Below are positions 39,251 to 53,199 of a stretch of DNA of 64,000 nucleotides, one piece after another (the first letter of the stretch is position 1; each line of letters begins with the position of its first letter). Both the position numbers and the translations under genes were made by a program. This stretch comes from Eledone cirrhosa (taxonomy: Eukaryota), in assembly GCA_964016885.1 (NCBI GenBank), contig OZ024764.1, positions 28,148,001 to 28,212,000 of the forward strand, read 5' to 3'. The notes under the pieces are model-generated. The model did not search any database. It was not told the DNA's origin and saw only the letters and a program-made list of their open reading frames with translations.

Positions 39251-40895
39251 TGTGCAGGTCATCGAAGAGCGTATACATTTTTATGGGACAGCCCGTTGTC
39301 GCCTCTATTCAGTACTCCTAAATGCTGCTTTGTGCAGGTCATAGAAGAGCGTATACATTTTTGTGGGACAGCCCGTTGTCACCTCTATTCAACACTTCTA
39401 AATGCTGCTTTTTGCAGGTCATAGAAGAGCGTATACATTTTTGTGGGACAGCCAGTTGTCGCCTCCTTACAGCACTTCTAAATGCTGTTTTGGGCAGGTC
39501 ATAGAAGAGCGTATACATGTTTGTGGGACAGCCCGTTGTCGCCTCTATTCAGCACTTCTACATGCTGTTTTGGGCAGGTCATCGAAGAGTGTATACATTT
39601 TTGTGGGACAGCCCGTTGTCGCCTCTATTCAGCACTTCTAAATGCTGCTTTGTGCAGGTCATCGAAGAGCGTATACATTTTTGTGGGACAGCCCGTTGTC
39701 GCCTCCCTACAGCACTTCTAAGTGCTGCTTTGTGCAGGTCATAGAAGAGCGTATACATTTTTGTGGGACAGCCCGTTGTCGCCTCTATTCAGCACTCCTA
39801 AATGCTGTTTTATGCAGGTCATACAAGAGCATATACATTTTTATGGGACAGCCCGTTGTCGCCTTTATTCAGCACTTGCAAATGCTGTTTTGTGCAGGTC
39901 ATCGAAGAGCGTATACATTTTTGTGGGACAGCCCGTTGTCGCCTCTATTCAGCACTTCTAAATGCTGCTTTTTGCAGGTCATAGAAGAGCGTATACATTT
40001 TTGTGGGACAGCCAGTTGTCGCCTCCTTACAGCACTTCTAAATGCTGTTTTGTGCAGGTCATCGAAGAGCGTATACATTTTTGTGGGACAGTCCGTTGTC
40101 GCCTCTATTCAGCACTTCTACATGCTGTTTTGGGCAGGTCATCGAAGAGTGTATACATTTTTGTGGGACAGCCCGTTGTCGCCTCTATTCAGCACTTCTA
40201 AATGCTGTTTTGTGCAGGTCATCGAAGAGCGTATACATTTTTATGGGACAGCCTGTTGTCGCCTCTATTCAGCACTTCTAAATGCTGTTTTGTGCAGGTC
40301 ATACAAGAGCGTATACATTTTTGTGGGACAGCTCATTGTCGCCTCCTTTCAGCACTTCTAAATGCTGCTTTGTGCAGGTCATCGAAGAGCGTATACATTT
40401 TTGTGGGACAGCCCGTTGTCGCCTCTATTCAGCACTTCTAAATGCTGCTTTTTGCAGGTCATAGAAGAGCGTATACATTTTTGTGGGACAGCTCATTGTC
40501 GCCTCCTTTCATCACTTCTAAATGCTGCTTTGTGCAGGTCATCGAAGAGCGTATACATTTTTGTGGGACAGCCCGTTGTCGCCTCTATTCAGCACTTCTA
40601 AATGCTGCTTTTTGCAGGTCATAGAAGAGCGTATACATTTTTGTGGGACAGCCCGTTGTCGCCTCCCTACAGCACTTCTAAGTGCTGCTTTGTGCAGGTC
40701 ATAGAAGAGTGTATACATTTTTATGGGACAGCCCGTTGTCGCCACTATTCAGCACTTCTAAATGCTGTTTTGTGCAGGTCATCGAAGAGCGTATACATTT
40801 TTATGGGACAGCCCGTTGTTGCCACTATTCAGCACTTCTAAATGCTGTTTTGTGCAGGTCATCGAAGAGCGTATACATTTTTGTGGGACAGCCCG

Positions 40896-43800
40896 TTGTC
40901 GCCTCCCTACAGCACTTCTAAGTGCTGCTTTGTGCAGGTCATCGAAGAGCGTATACATTTTTGTGGGACAGCCCGTTGTCGCTTCCCTACAGCACTTCTA
41001 AGTGCTGCTTTGTGCAGCTCATAGAAGAGCATATACATTTTTGTGGGACAGCCCGTTGTCGCCTCTATTCAGCACTTCCAAATGCTGCTTTGTGCAGGTC
41101 GTAGAAGAGCATATACATTTTTGTGGGACAGCCCATTGTCGCCTCTATTCAGCACTGCTAAATGCTGTTTTGTGCAGGTCATAGAAGAGCGTATACATTT
41201 TTGTGGGACAGCCCGTTGTCGCCACTATTCAGCACTTCTAAATGCTGTTTTGTGCAGGTCATCGAAGAGCGTATACATTTTTATGGGACAGCCCGTTGTC
41301 GCCACTATTCAGCACTTCTAAATGTTGTTTTATGCAGGTCATACAAGAGCGTATACATTTTTGTGGGACAGCTCGTTGTCGCCTCCTTTCAGCACTTCTA
41401 AATGCTGCTTTGTGCAGGTCATCGAAGAGCGTATACATTTTTGTGGGACAGCCCGTTGTCGCCTCTATTCAACACTCCTAAATGCTGTTTTATGCAGGTC
41501 ATACAAGAGCGCATACATTTTTATGGGACAGCCCGTTGTCGCCTTTATTCAGCACTTGCAAATGCTGTTTTGTGCATGTCATCGAAGAGCGTATACATTT
41601 TTATGGGACAGCCCGTTGTCGGCTCTATTCAGTACTCCTAAATGCTGTTTTGTGCAGGTCATACAAGAGCGTATACATTTTTGTGGGACAGCTCGTTGTC
41701 GCCTCCTTTCAGCACTTCTAAATGCTGCTTGTGCAGGTCATCGAAGAGCGTATACATTTTTATGGGACAGCCCGTTGTCGCCTCTATTCAGTACTCCTAA
41801 ATGCTGTTTTATGCAGGTCATACAAGAGCGTATACATTTTTGTGGGACAGCCCGTTGTCGCCTCCCTACAGCACTTCTAAGTGCTGCTTTGTGCAGGTCA
41901 TAGAAGAGCGTATACATTTTTGTGGGACAGCCCGTTGTCGCCTCTATTCAGCACTTCTAAATGCTGCTTTTTGCAGGTCATAGAAGAGCGTATACATTTT
42001 TGTGGGACAGCCAGTTGTCGCCTCCTTACAGCACTTCTAAATGCTGTTTTGTGCAGGTCATCGAAGAGCGTATACATTTTTGTGGGACAGCCCTTTGCCG
42101 CCTCTATTCAACACTTATAAATGCTGTTTGGGCAGGTCATAGAAGAGCGTATACATTTTTGTGGGACAGCCCGTTGTTGCCTCCCTACAGCACTTCTAAG
42201 TGCTGCTTTGTGCAGGTCATAGAAGAGCGTATACATTTTTGTGGGACAGCCCGTTGTCGCCTCCTTACAGCACTTCTAAATGCTGTTTTGTGCAGGTCAT
42301 CGAAGAGCGTATACATTTTTGTGGGACAGCCCTTTGACGCCTCTATTCATCACTTCTAAATGCTGTTTTATGCAGGTCATCGAAGAGCGTATACATTTTT
42401 GTGGGACAGCCCATTGTCGCCTCCCTACAGCACTTCTAAGTGCTGCTTTGTGCAGGTCATCGAAGAGCGTATACATTTTTGTGGGACAGCCCGTTGTCGC
42501 TTCCCTACAGCACTTCTAAGTGCTGCTTTGTGCAGCTCATAGAAGAGCGTATACATTTTTGTGGGACAGCCCGTTGTCGCCTCTATTCAACACTTCTAAA
42601 TGCTGCTTTGTGCAGGTCGTAGAAGAGCATATACATTTTTGTGGGACAGCCCATTGTCGCCTCTATTCAGCACTGCTAAATGCTGTTTTGTGCAGGTCAT
42701 AGAAGAGCGTATACATTTTTGTCGGACAGCCCGTTGTCGCCACTATTCAGCACTTCTAAATGCTGTTTTGTGCAGGTCATCGAAGAGCGTATACATTTTT
42801 ATGGGACAGCCCGTTGTCGCCACTATTCAGCACTTCTAAATGCTGTTTTATGCAGGTCATACAAGAGCGTATACATTTTTGTGGGACAGCTCGTTGTCGC
42901 CTCCTTTCAGCACTTCTAAATGCTGCTTTGTGCAGGTCATCGAAGAGCGTATACATTTTTGTGGGACAGCCCGTTGTCGCCTCTATTCAGCACTCCTAAA
43001 TGCTGTTTTATGCAGGTCATACAAGAGCGTATACATTTTTATGGGACAGCCCGTTGTCGCCTTTATTCAGCACTTGCAAATGCTGTTTTGTGCATGTCAT
43101 CGAAGAGCGTATACATTTTTATGGGACAGCCCGTTGTCGGCTCTATTAAGTACTCCTAAATGCTGTTTTGTGCAGGTCATACAAGAGCGTATACATTTTT
43201 GTGGGACAGCTCGTTGTCGCCTCCTTTCAGCACTTCTAAATGCTGCTTGTGCAGGTCATCGAAGAGCGTATACATTTTTATGGGACAGCCCGTTGTCGCC
43301 TCTATTCAGTACTCCTAAATGCTGTTTTATGCAGGTCATACAAGAGCGTATACATTTTTGTGGGACAGCCCGTTGTCGCCTCCCTACAGCACTTCTAAGT
43401 GCTGCTTTGTGCAGGTCATAGAAGAGCGTATACATTTTTGTGGGACAGCCCGTTGTCGCCTCTATTCAGCACTTCTAAATGCTGCTTTTTGCAGGTCATA
43501 GAAGAGCGTATACATTTTTGTGGGACAGCCAGTTGTCGCCTCCTTACAGCACTTCTAAATGCTGTTTTGTGCAGGTCATCGAAGAGCGTATACATTTTTG
43601 TGGGACAGCCCTTTGCCGCCTCTATTCAACACTTATAAATGCTGTTTGGGCAGGTCATAGAAGAGCGTATACATTTTTGTGGGACAGCCCGTTGTTGCCT
43701 CCCTACAGCACTTCTAAGTGGTGCTTTGTGCAGGTCATAGAAGAGCGTATACATTTTTGTGGGACAGCCCGTTGTCGCCTCCTTACAGCACTTCTAAATG

Positions 43801-43930
43801 CTGTTTTGTGCAGGTCATCGAAGAGCGTATACATTTTTGTGGGACAGCCCTTTGACGCCTCTATTCATCACTTCTAAATGCTGTTTTATGCAGGTCATCG
43901 AAGAGCGTATACATTTTTGTGGGACAGCCC
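40896..43930 (+). repeat. Tandem duplication of a 1518-bp (19-monomer) unit
   Basis: ORF starts recur at offset 1518 (41002/42520, 41322/42840, 41961/43479, 42280/43798). The copies differ by a few scattered SNPs. Confidence 0.87.
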
Positions 43931-45909
43931 GTTGTCGCCTTTATTCAGCACTTGCAAATGCTGTTTTGTGCATGTCATCGAAGAGCGTATACATTTTTGT
44001 GGGACAGCCCGTTGTCGCCTCCCTACACCACTTCTAAGTGGTTTTGTGCAGGTCATAGAAGAGCGTATACATTTTTGTGGGACAGCCCGTTGTCGCCACT
44101 ATTCAGCACTTCTAAATGCTGTTTTGTGCAGGTCATCGAAGAGCGTATACATTTTTATGGGACAGCCCGTTGTCGCCTCTATTCAGTACTCCTAAATGCT
44201 GTTTTATGCAGGTCATACAAGAGCGTATACAGTTTTGTGGGACAGCTCGTTGTCGCCTCCTTTCAGCACTTCTAAATGCTGCTTGTGCAGGTCATCGAAG
44301 AGCGTATACATTTTTATGGGACAGCCCGTTGTCGCCTCTATTCAGTACTCCTAAATGCTGCTTTGTGCAGGTCATAGAAGAGCGTATACATTTTTGTGGG
44401 ACAGCCCGTTGTCGCCTCTATTCAGCACTTCTACATGCTGTTTTGGGCAGGTCATCGAAGAGTGTATACATTTTTGTGGGACAGCCCGTTGTCACCTCTA
44501 TTCATCACTTCTAAATGCTGCTTTGTGCAGGTCATCGAAGAGCGTATACATTTTTGTGGGACAGCCCGTTGTCGCCTCTATTCAGCACTTCTAAATGCTG
44601 CTTTTTGCAGGTCATAGAAGAGCGTATACATTTTTGTGGGACAGCCCGTTGTCGCCTCTATTCAGCACTTCTAAATGCTGCTTTTTGCAGGTCATAGAAG
44701 AGCGTATACATTTTTGTGGGACAGCCAGTTGTCGCCTCCTTACAGCACTTCTAAATGCTGTTTTGGGCAGGTCATAGAAGAGCGTATACATTTTTGTGGG
44801 ACAGCCCGTTGTCGCCACTATTCAGCACTTCTAAATGCTGTTTTGTGCAGGTCATCGAAGAGCGTATACATTTTTATGGGACAGCCCGTTGTTGCCACTA
44901 TTCAGCACTTCTAAATGCTGTTTTGTGCAGGTCATCGAAGAGCGTATACATTTTTGTGGGACAGCCCGTTGTCGCCTCCCTACAGCACTTGTAAGTGCTG
45001 CTTTGTGCAGGTCATCGAAGAGCGTATACATTTTTATGGGACAGCCTGTTGTCGCCTCTATTCAACACTTCTAAATGCTGTTTTATGCAGGTCATACAAG
45101 AGCGTATACATTTTTGTGGGACAGCTCATTGTCGCCTCCTTTCAACACTTCTAAATGCTGTTTTGTGCAGGTCATCGAAGAGCGTATACATTTTTATGGG
45201 ACAGCCCGTTGTCGCCTCTATTCAGTACTCCTAAATGCTGTTTTATGCAGGTCATACAAGAGCGTATACATTTTTGTGGGACAGCTCGTTGTCGCCTCCT
45301 TTCAGCACTTCTAAATGCTGCTTGTGCAGGTCATCGAAGAGCGTATACATTTTTATGGGACAGCCCGTTGTCGCCTCTATTCAGTACTCCTAAATGCTGC
45401 TTTGTGCAGGTCATAGAAGAGCGTATACATTTTTGTGGGACAGCCCGTTGTCGCCTCTATTCAGCACTTCTAAATGCTGCTTTTTGCAGGTCATAGAAGA
45501 GCGTATACATTTTTGTGGGACAGCCCGTTGTCGCCTCTATTCAGCACTTCTAAATGCTGCTTTTTGCAGGTCATAGAAGAGTGTATACATTTTTGTGGGA
45601 CAGCCCGTTGTCGCCTCCTTACAGCACTTCTAAATGCTGTTTTGGGCAGGTCATAGAAGAGCGTATACATTTTTGTGGGACAGCCCGTTGTCGCCACTAT
45701 TCAGCACTTCTAAATGCTGTTTTGTGCAGGTCATCGAAGAGCGTATACATTTTTATGGGACAGCCCGTTGTTGCCACTATTCAGCACTTCTAAATGCTGT
45801 TTTGTGCAGGTCATCGAAGAGCGTATACATTTTTGTGGGACAGCCCGTTGTCGCCTCCCTACAGCACTTGTAAGTGCTGCTTTGTGCAGGTCATCGAAGA
45901 GCGTATACA

Positions 45910-48900
45910 TTTTTATGGGACAGCCTGTTGTCGCCTCTATTCAGCACTTCTAAATGCTGTTTTATGCAGGTCATACAAGAGCGTATACATTTTTGTGGGA
46001 CAGCTCATTGTCGCCTCCTTTCAGCACTTCTAAATGCTGCTTTGTGCAGGTCATCGAAGAGCGTATACATTTTTGTGGGACAGCCCGTTGCCTCTATTAA
46101 GCACTTCTAAATGCTGCTTTTTGCAGGTCATAGAAGAGTGTATATATTTTTGTGGGACAGCCCGTTGTCGCCTCTATTCATCACTTCAACATGCTGTTTT
46201 GTGCAGGTCATCGAAGAGTGTATACATTTTTGTGGGACAGCCCGTTGTCGCCTCCCTACAGCACTTCTAAGTGCTGCTTTGTGCAGGTCATAGAAGAGCG
46301 TATACATTTTTGTGGGACAGCCCGTTGTCGCCTCTATTCAGCACTCCTAAATGCTGTTTTATGCAGGTCATACAAGAGCGTATACATTTTTATGGGACAG
46401 CCCGTTGTCGCCTTTATTCAGCACTTGCAAATGCTGTTTTGTGCATGTCATCGAAGAGCGTATACATTTTTGTGGGACAGCCCGTTGTCGCCTCTATTCA
46501 GCACTTCTAAATGCTGCTTTTTGCAGGTCATAGAAGAGCGTATACATTTTTGTGGGACAGCCAGTTGTCGCCTCCTTACAGCACTTCTAAATGCTGTTTT
46601 GTGCAGGTCATAGAAGAGCGTATACATTTTTGTGGGACAGCCCGTTGTCGCCTCTATTCAGTACTCCTAAATGCTGCTTTGTGCAGGTCATAGAAGAGCG
46701 TATACATTTTTGTGGGACAGCCCGTTGTCGCCTCTATTCAGCACTTCTACATGCTGTTTTGGGCAGGTCATCGAAGAGTGTATACATTTTTGTGGGACAG
46801 CCCGTTGTCGCCTCTATTCAGCACTTCTAAATGCTGCTTTGTGCAGGTCATCGAAGAGCGTATACATTTTTGTGGGACAGCCCGTTGTCGCCTCTATTCA
46901 GCACTTCTAAATGCTGCTTTTTGCAGGTCATAGAAGAGCGTATACATTTTTGTGGGACAGCCCGTTGTCGCCTCTATTCAGCACTTCTAAATGCTGCTTT
47001 TTGCAGGTCATAGAAGAGCGTATACATTTTTGTGGGACAGCCAGTTGTCGCCTCCTTACAGCACTTCTAAATGCTGTTTTGGGCAGGTCATAGAAGAGCG
47101 TATACATGTTTGTGGGACAGCCCGTTGTCGCCTCTATTCAGCACTTCTACATGCTGTTTTGGGCAGGTCATCGAAGAGTGTATACATTTTTGTGGGACAG
47201 CCCGTTGTCGCCTCTATTCAACACTTCTAAATGCTGCTTTGTGCAGGTCATCGAAGAGCGTATACATTTTTGTGGGACAGCCCGTTGTCGCCTCCCTACA
47301 GCACTTCTAAGTGCTGCTTTGTGCAGGTCATAGAAGAGCGTATACATTTTTGTGTGACAGCCCATTGTCGCCTCTATTCAGCACTCCTAAATGCTGTTTT
47401 ATGCAGGTCATACAAGAGCGTATACATTTTTATGGGACAGCCCGTTGTCGCCTTTATTCAGCACTTGCAAATGCTGTTTTGTGCAGGTCATCGAAGAGCG
47501 TATACATTTTTGTGGGACAGCCCGTTGTCGCCTCTATTCAGCACTTCTAAATGCTGCTTTTTGCAGGTCATAGAAGAGCGTATACATTTTTGTGGGACAG
47601 CCAGTTGTCGCCTCCTTACAGCACTTCTAAATGCTGTTTTGTGCAGGTCATCGAAGAGCGTATACATTTTTGTGGGACAGTCCGTTGTCGCCTCTATTCA
47701 GCACTTCTACATGCTGTTTTGGGCAGGTCATCGAAGAGTGTATACATTTTTGTGGGACAGCCCGTTGTCGCCTCTATTCAGCACTTCTAAATGCTGTTTT
47801 GTGCAGGTCATCGAAGAGCGTATACATTTTTATGGGACAGCCTGTTGTCGCCTCTATTCAGCACTTCTAAATGCTGTTTTGTGCAGGTCATACAAGAGCG
47901 TATACATTTTTGTGGGACAGCTCATTGTCGCCTCCTTTCAGCACTTCTAAATGCTGCTTTGTGCAGGTCATCGAAGAGCGTATACATTTTTGTGGGACAG
48001 CCCGTTGTCGCCTCTATTCAGCACTTCTAAATGCTGCTTTTTGCAGGTCATAGAAGAGCGTATACATTTTTGTGGGACAGCTCATTGTCGCCTCCTTTCA
48101 TCACTTCTAAATGCTGCTTTGTGCAGGTCATCAAAGAGCGTATACATTTTTGTGGGACAGCCCGTTGTCGCCTCTATTCAGCACTTCTAAATGCTGCTTT
48201 TTGCTGGTCATAGAAGAGCGTATACATTTTTGTGGGACAGCCCGTTGTCGCCTCCCTACAGCACTTCTAAGTGCTGCTTTGTGCAGGTCATAGAAGAGCG
48301 TATACATTTTTATGGGACAGCCCGTTGTCGCCACTATTCAGCACTTCTAAATGCTGTTTTGTGCAGGTCATCGAAGAGCGTATACATTTTTATGGGACAG
48401 CCCGTTGTTGCCACTATTCAGCACTTCTAAATGCTGTTTTGTGCAGGTCATCGAAGAGCGTATACATTTTTGTGGGACAGCCCGTTGTCGCCTCCCTACA
48501 GCACTTCTAAGTGCTGCTTTGTGCAGGTCATCGAAGAGCGTATACATTTTTGTGGGACAGCCTGTTGTCGCCTCTATTCAGCACTTCTAAATGCTGTTTT
48601 ATGCAGGTCATACAAGAGCGTATACATTTTTGTGGGACAGCTCATTGTCGCCTCCTTTCAGCACTTCTAAATGCTGCTTTGTGCAGGTCATCGAAGAGCG
48701 TATACATTTTTGTGGGACAGCCCGTTGCCTCTATTCAGCATTTCTAAATGCTGCTTTTTGCAGGTCATAGAAGAGCGTATATATTTTTGTGGGACAGCCC
48801 GTTGTCGCCTCTATTCATCACTTCAACATGCTGTTTTGTGCAGGTCATCGAAGAGTGTATACATTTTTGTGGGACAGCCCGTTGTCGCCTCCCTACAGCA

Positions 48901-50620
48901 CTTCTAAGTGCTGCTTTGTGCAGGTCATAGAAGAGCGTATACATTTTTGTGGGACAGCCCGTTGTCGCCTCTATTCAGCACTCCTAAATGCTGTTTTATG
49001 CAGGTCATACAAGAGCGTATACATTTTTATGGGACAGCCCGTTGTCGCCTTTATTCAGCACTTGCAAATGCTGTTTTGTGCATGTCATTGAAGAGCGTAT
49101 ACATTTTTGTGGGACAGCCCGTTGTCGCCTCTATTCAGCACTTCTAAATGCTGCTTTTTGCAGGTCATAGAAGAGCGTATACATTTTTGTGGGACAGCCA
49201 GTTGTCGCCTCCTTACAGCACTTCTAAATGCTGTTTTGTGCAGGTCATAGAAGAGCGTATACATTTTTGTGGGACAGCCCGTTGTCGCCTCTATTCAGTA
49301 CTCCTAAATGCTGCTTTGTGCAGGTCATAGAAGAGCGTATACATTTTTGTGGGACAGCCCGTTGTCGCCTCTATTCAGCACTTCTACATGCTGTTTTGGG
49401 CAGGTCATCGAAGAGTGTATACATTTTTGTGGGACAGCCGTTGTCGCCTCTATTCAGCACTTCTAAATGCTGCTTTGTGCAGGTCATCGAAGAGCGTATA
49501 CATTTTTGTGGGACAGCCCGTTGTCGCCTCTATTCAGCACTTCTAAATGCTGCTTTTTGCAGGTCATAGAAGAGCGTATACATTTTTGTGGGACAGCCCG
49601 TTGTCGCCTCTATTCAGCACTTCTAAATGCTGCTTTTTGCAGGTCATAGAAGAGCGTATACATTTTTGTGGGACAGCCAGTTGTCGCCTCCTTACAGCAC
49701 TTCTAAATGCTGTTTTGGGCAGGTCATCGAAGAGTGTATACATTTTTGTGGGACAGCCCGTTGTCGCCTCTATTCAACACTTCTAAATGCTGCTTTGTGC
49801 AGGTCATCGAAGAGCGTATACATTTTTGTGGGACAGCCCGTTGTCGCCTCCCTACAGCACTTCTAAGTGCTGCTTTGTGCAGGTCATAGAAGAGCGTATA
49901 CATTTTTGTGGGACAGCCCGTTGTCACCTCTATTCAGCACTCCTAAATGCTGTTTTATGCAGGTCATACAAGAGCGTATACATTTTTATGGGACAGCCCG
50001 TTGTCGCCTTTATTCAGCACTTGCAAATGCTGTTTTGTGCAGGTCATCGAAGAGCGTATACATTTTTGTGGGACAGCCCGTTGTCGCCTCTATTCAGCAC
50101 TTCTAAATGCTGCTTTTTGCAGGTCATAGAAGAGCGTATACATTTTTGTGGGACAGCCAGTTGTCGCCTCCTTACAGCACTTCTAAATGCTGTTTTGTGC
50201 AGGTCATCGAAGAGCGTATACATTTTTGTGGGACAGTCCGTTGTCGCCTCTATTCAGCACTTCTACATGCTGTTTTGGGCAGGTCATCGAAGAGTGTATA
50301 CATTTTTGTGGGACAGCCCGTTGTCGCCTCTATTCAGCACTTCTAAATGCTGTTTTGTGCAGGTCATCGAAGAGCGTATACATTTTTATGGGACAGCCTG
50401 TTGTCGCCTCTATTCAGCACTTCTAAATGCTGTTTTGTGCAGGTCATACAAGAGTGTATACATTTTTGTGGGACAGCTCATTGTCGCCTCCTTTCAGCAC
50501 TTCTAAATGCTGCTTTGTGCAGGTCATCGAAGAGCGTATACATTTTTGTGGGACAGCCCGTTGTCGCCTCTATTCAGCACTTCTAAATGCTGCTTTTTGC
50601 AGGTCATAGAAGAGCGTATA
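45910..50620 (+). repeat. Tandem duplication with 2637-bp (33-monomer) offset; the second copy lacks one monomer
   Basis: The 3-bp deletion CCCGTTGCCTCT is shared (~46084/48721). ORF offsets are 2637 (46111/48748, 46591/49228), dropping to 2556 (47231/49787) after a 1-bp deletion and loss of one 80-mer. Confidence 0.82.
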
Positions 50621-53199
50621 CATTTTTATGGGACAGCCCGTTGTTGCCACTATTCAGCACTTCTAAATGCTGTTTTGTGCAGGTCATCGAAGAGCGTATA
50701 CATTTTTGTGGGACAGCCCGTTCTCGCCTCCCTACAGCACTTCTAAGTGCTGCTTTGTGCAGGTCATCGAAGAGCGTATACATTTTTGTGGGACAGCCCG
50801 TTGTCGCTTCCCTACAGCACTTCTAAGTGCTGCTTTGTGCAGCTTATAGAAGAGCATATACATTTTTGTGGGACAGCCCGTTGTCGCCTCTATTCAGCAC
50901 TTCTAAATGCTGCTTTGTGCAGGTCGTAGAAGAGCATATACATTTTTGTGGGACAGCCCATTGTCGCCTCTATTCAGCACTGCTAAATGCTGTTTTGTGC
51001 AGGTCATAGAAGAGCGTATACATTTTTGTGGGACAGCCCGTTGTCGCCACTATTCAGCACTTCTAAATGCTGTTTTGTGCAGGTCATCGAAGAGCGTATA
51101 CATTTTTGTGGGACAGCCCTTTGACGCCTCTATTCATCACTTCTAAATGCTGTTTTGTGCAGGTCATCGAAGAGCGTATACATTTTTGTGGGACAGCCCG
51201 TTGTCGCCTCTATTCAGCACTTCTAAATGCTGTTTTATGCAGGTCATCGAAGAGCATATACATTTTTGTGGGACAGCCCGTTGTCGCCTCCCTACACCAC
51301 TTCTAAGTGGTTTTGTGCAGGTCATAGAAGAGCGTATACATTTTTGTGGGACAGCCCGTTGTCGCCACTATTCAGCACTTCTAAATGCTGTTTTGTGCAG
51401 GTCATCGAAGAGCGTATACATTTTTATGGGACAGCCCGTTGTCGCCTCTATTCAGTACTCCTAAATGCTGTTTTATGCAGGTCATACAAGAGCGTATACA
51501 TTTTTGTGGGACAGCTCGTTGTCGCCTCCTTTCAGCACTTCTAAATGCTGCTTTGTGCAGGTCATCGAAGAGCGTATACATTTTTGTGGGACAGCCCGTT
51601 GTCGCTTCCCTACAGCACTTCTAAGTGCTGCTTTGTGCAGCTCATAGAAGAGCATATACATTTTTGTGGGACAGCCCGTTGTCGCCACTATTCAGCACTT
51701 CTAAATGCTGTTTTGTGCAGGTCATCGAAGAGCGTATAAATTTTTATGGGACAGCCCGTTGTCGCCTCTATTCAGTACACCTAAATGCTGTTTTATGCAG
51801 GTCATACAAGAGCGTATACATTTTTGTGGGACAGCTCGTTGTCGCCTCCTTTCAGCACTTCTAAATGCTGCTTGTGCAGGTCATCGAAGAGCGTATACAT
51901 TTTTATGGAACAGCCCGTTGTCGCCTCTATTCAGTACTCCTAAATGCTGCTTTGTGCAGGTCATAGAAGAGCGTATACATTTTTGTGGGACAGCCCGTTG
52001 TCACCTCTATTCAACACTTCTAAATGCTGCTTTTTGCAGGTCATAGAAGAGCGTATACATTTTTGTGGGACAGCCAGTTGTCGCCTCCTTACAGCACTTC
52101 TAAGTGCTGTTTTGTGCAGGTCATAGAAGAGCGTATACATTTTTGTGGGACAGCCCGTTGTCGCCTCTATTCAGCACTTCTACATGCTGTTTTGGGCAGG
52201 TCATCGAAGAGTGTATACATTTTTGTGGGACAGCCCGTTGTCGCCTCTATTCACCACTTCTAAATGCTGCTTTGTGCAGGTCATCGAAGAGCGTATACAT
52301 TTTTGTGGGACAGCCCGTTGTCGCCTCCCTACAGCACTTCTAAGTGCTGCTTTGTGCAGGTCATAGAAGAGCGTATACATTTTTGTGGGACAGCCCGTTA
52401 TCGCCTCTATTCAGCACTCCTAAATGCTGTTTTATGCAGGTCATACAAGAGCGTATACATTTTTATGGGACAGCCCGTTGTCGCCTTTATTCAGCACTTG
52501 CAAATGCTGTTTTGTGCATGTCATCGAAGAGCGTATACATTTTTGTGGGACAGCCCGTTGTCGCCTCTATTCAGCACTTCTAAATGCTGCTTTTTGCAGG
52601 TCATAGAAGAGCGTATACATTTTTGTGGGACAGCTCATTGTCGCCTCCTTTCAGCACTTCTAAATGCTGCTTTGTGCAGGTCATCGAAGAGCGTATACAT
52701 TTTTGTGGGACAGCCCGTTGTCGCCTCTATTCAACACTTCTAAATGCTGCTTTTTGCAGGTCATAGAAGAGCGTATACATTTTTGTGGGACAGCTCATTG
52801 TCGCCTCCTTTCATCACTTCTAAATGCTGCTTTGTGCAGGTCATCGAAGAGCGTATACATTTTTGTGGGACAACCCGTTGTCGCCTCTATTCAGCACTTC
52901 TAAATGCTGCTTTTTGCAGGTCATAGAAGAGCGTATACATTTTTGTGGGACAGCCCGTTGTCGCCTCCCTACAGCACTTCTAAGTGCTGCTTTGTGCAGG
53001 TCATAGAAGAGCGTATATATTTTTATGGGACAGCCCGTTGTCGCCACTATTCAGCACTTCTAAATGCTGTTTTGTGCAGGTCATCGAAGAGCGTATACAT
53101 TTTTATGGGACAGCCCGTTGTTGCCACTATTCAGCACTTCTAAATGCTGTTTTGTGCAGGTCATCGAAGAGCGTATACATTTTTGTGGGACAGCCCGTT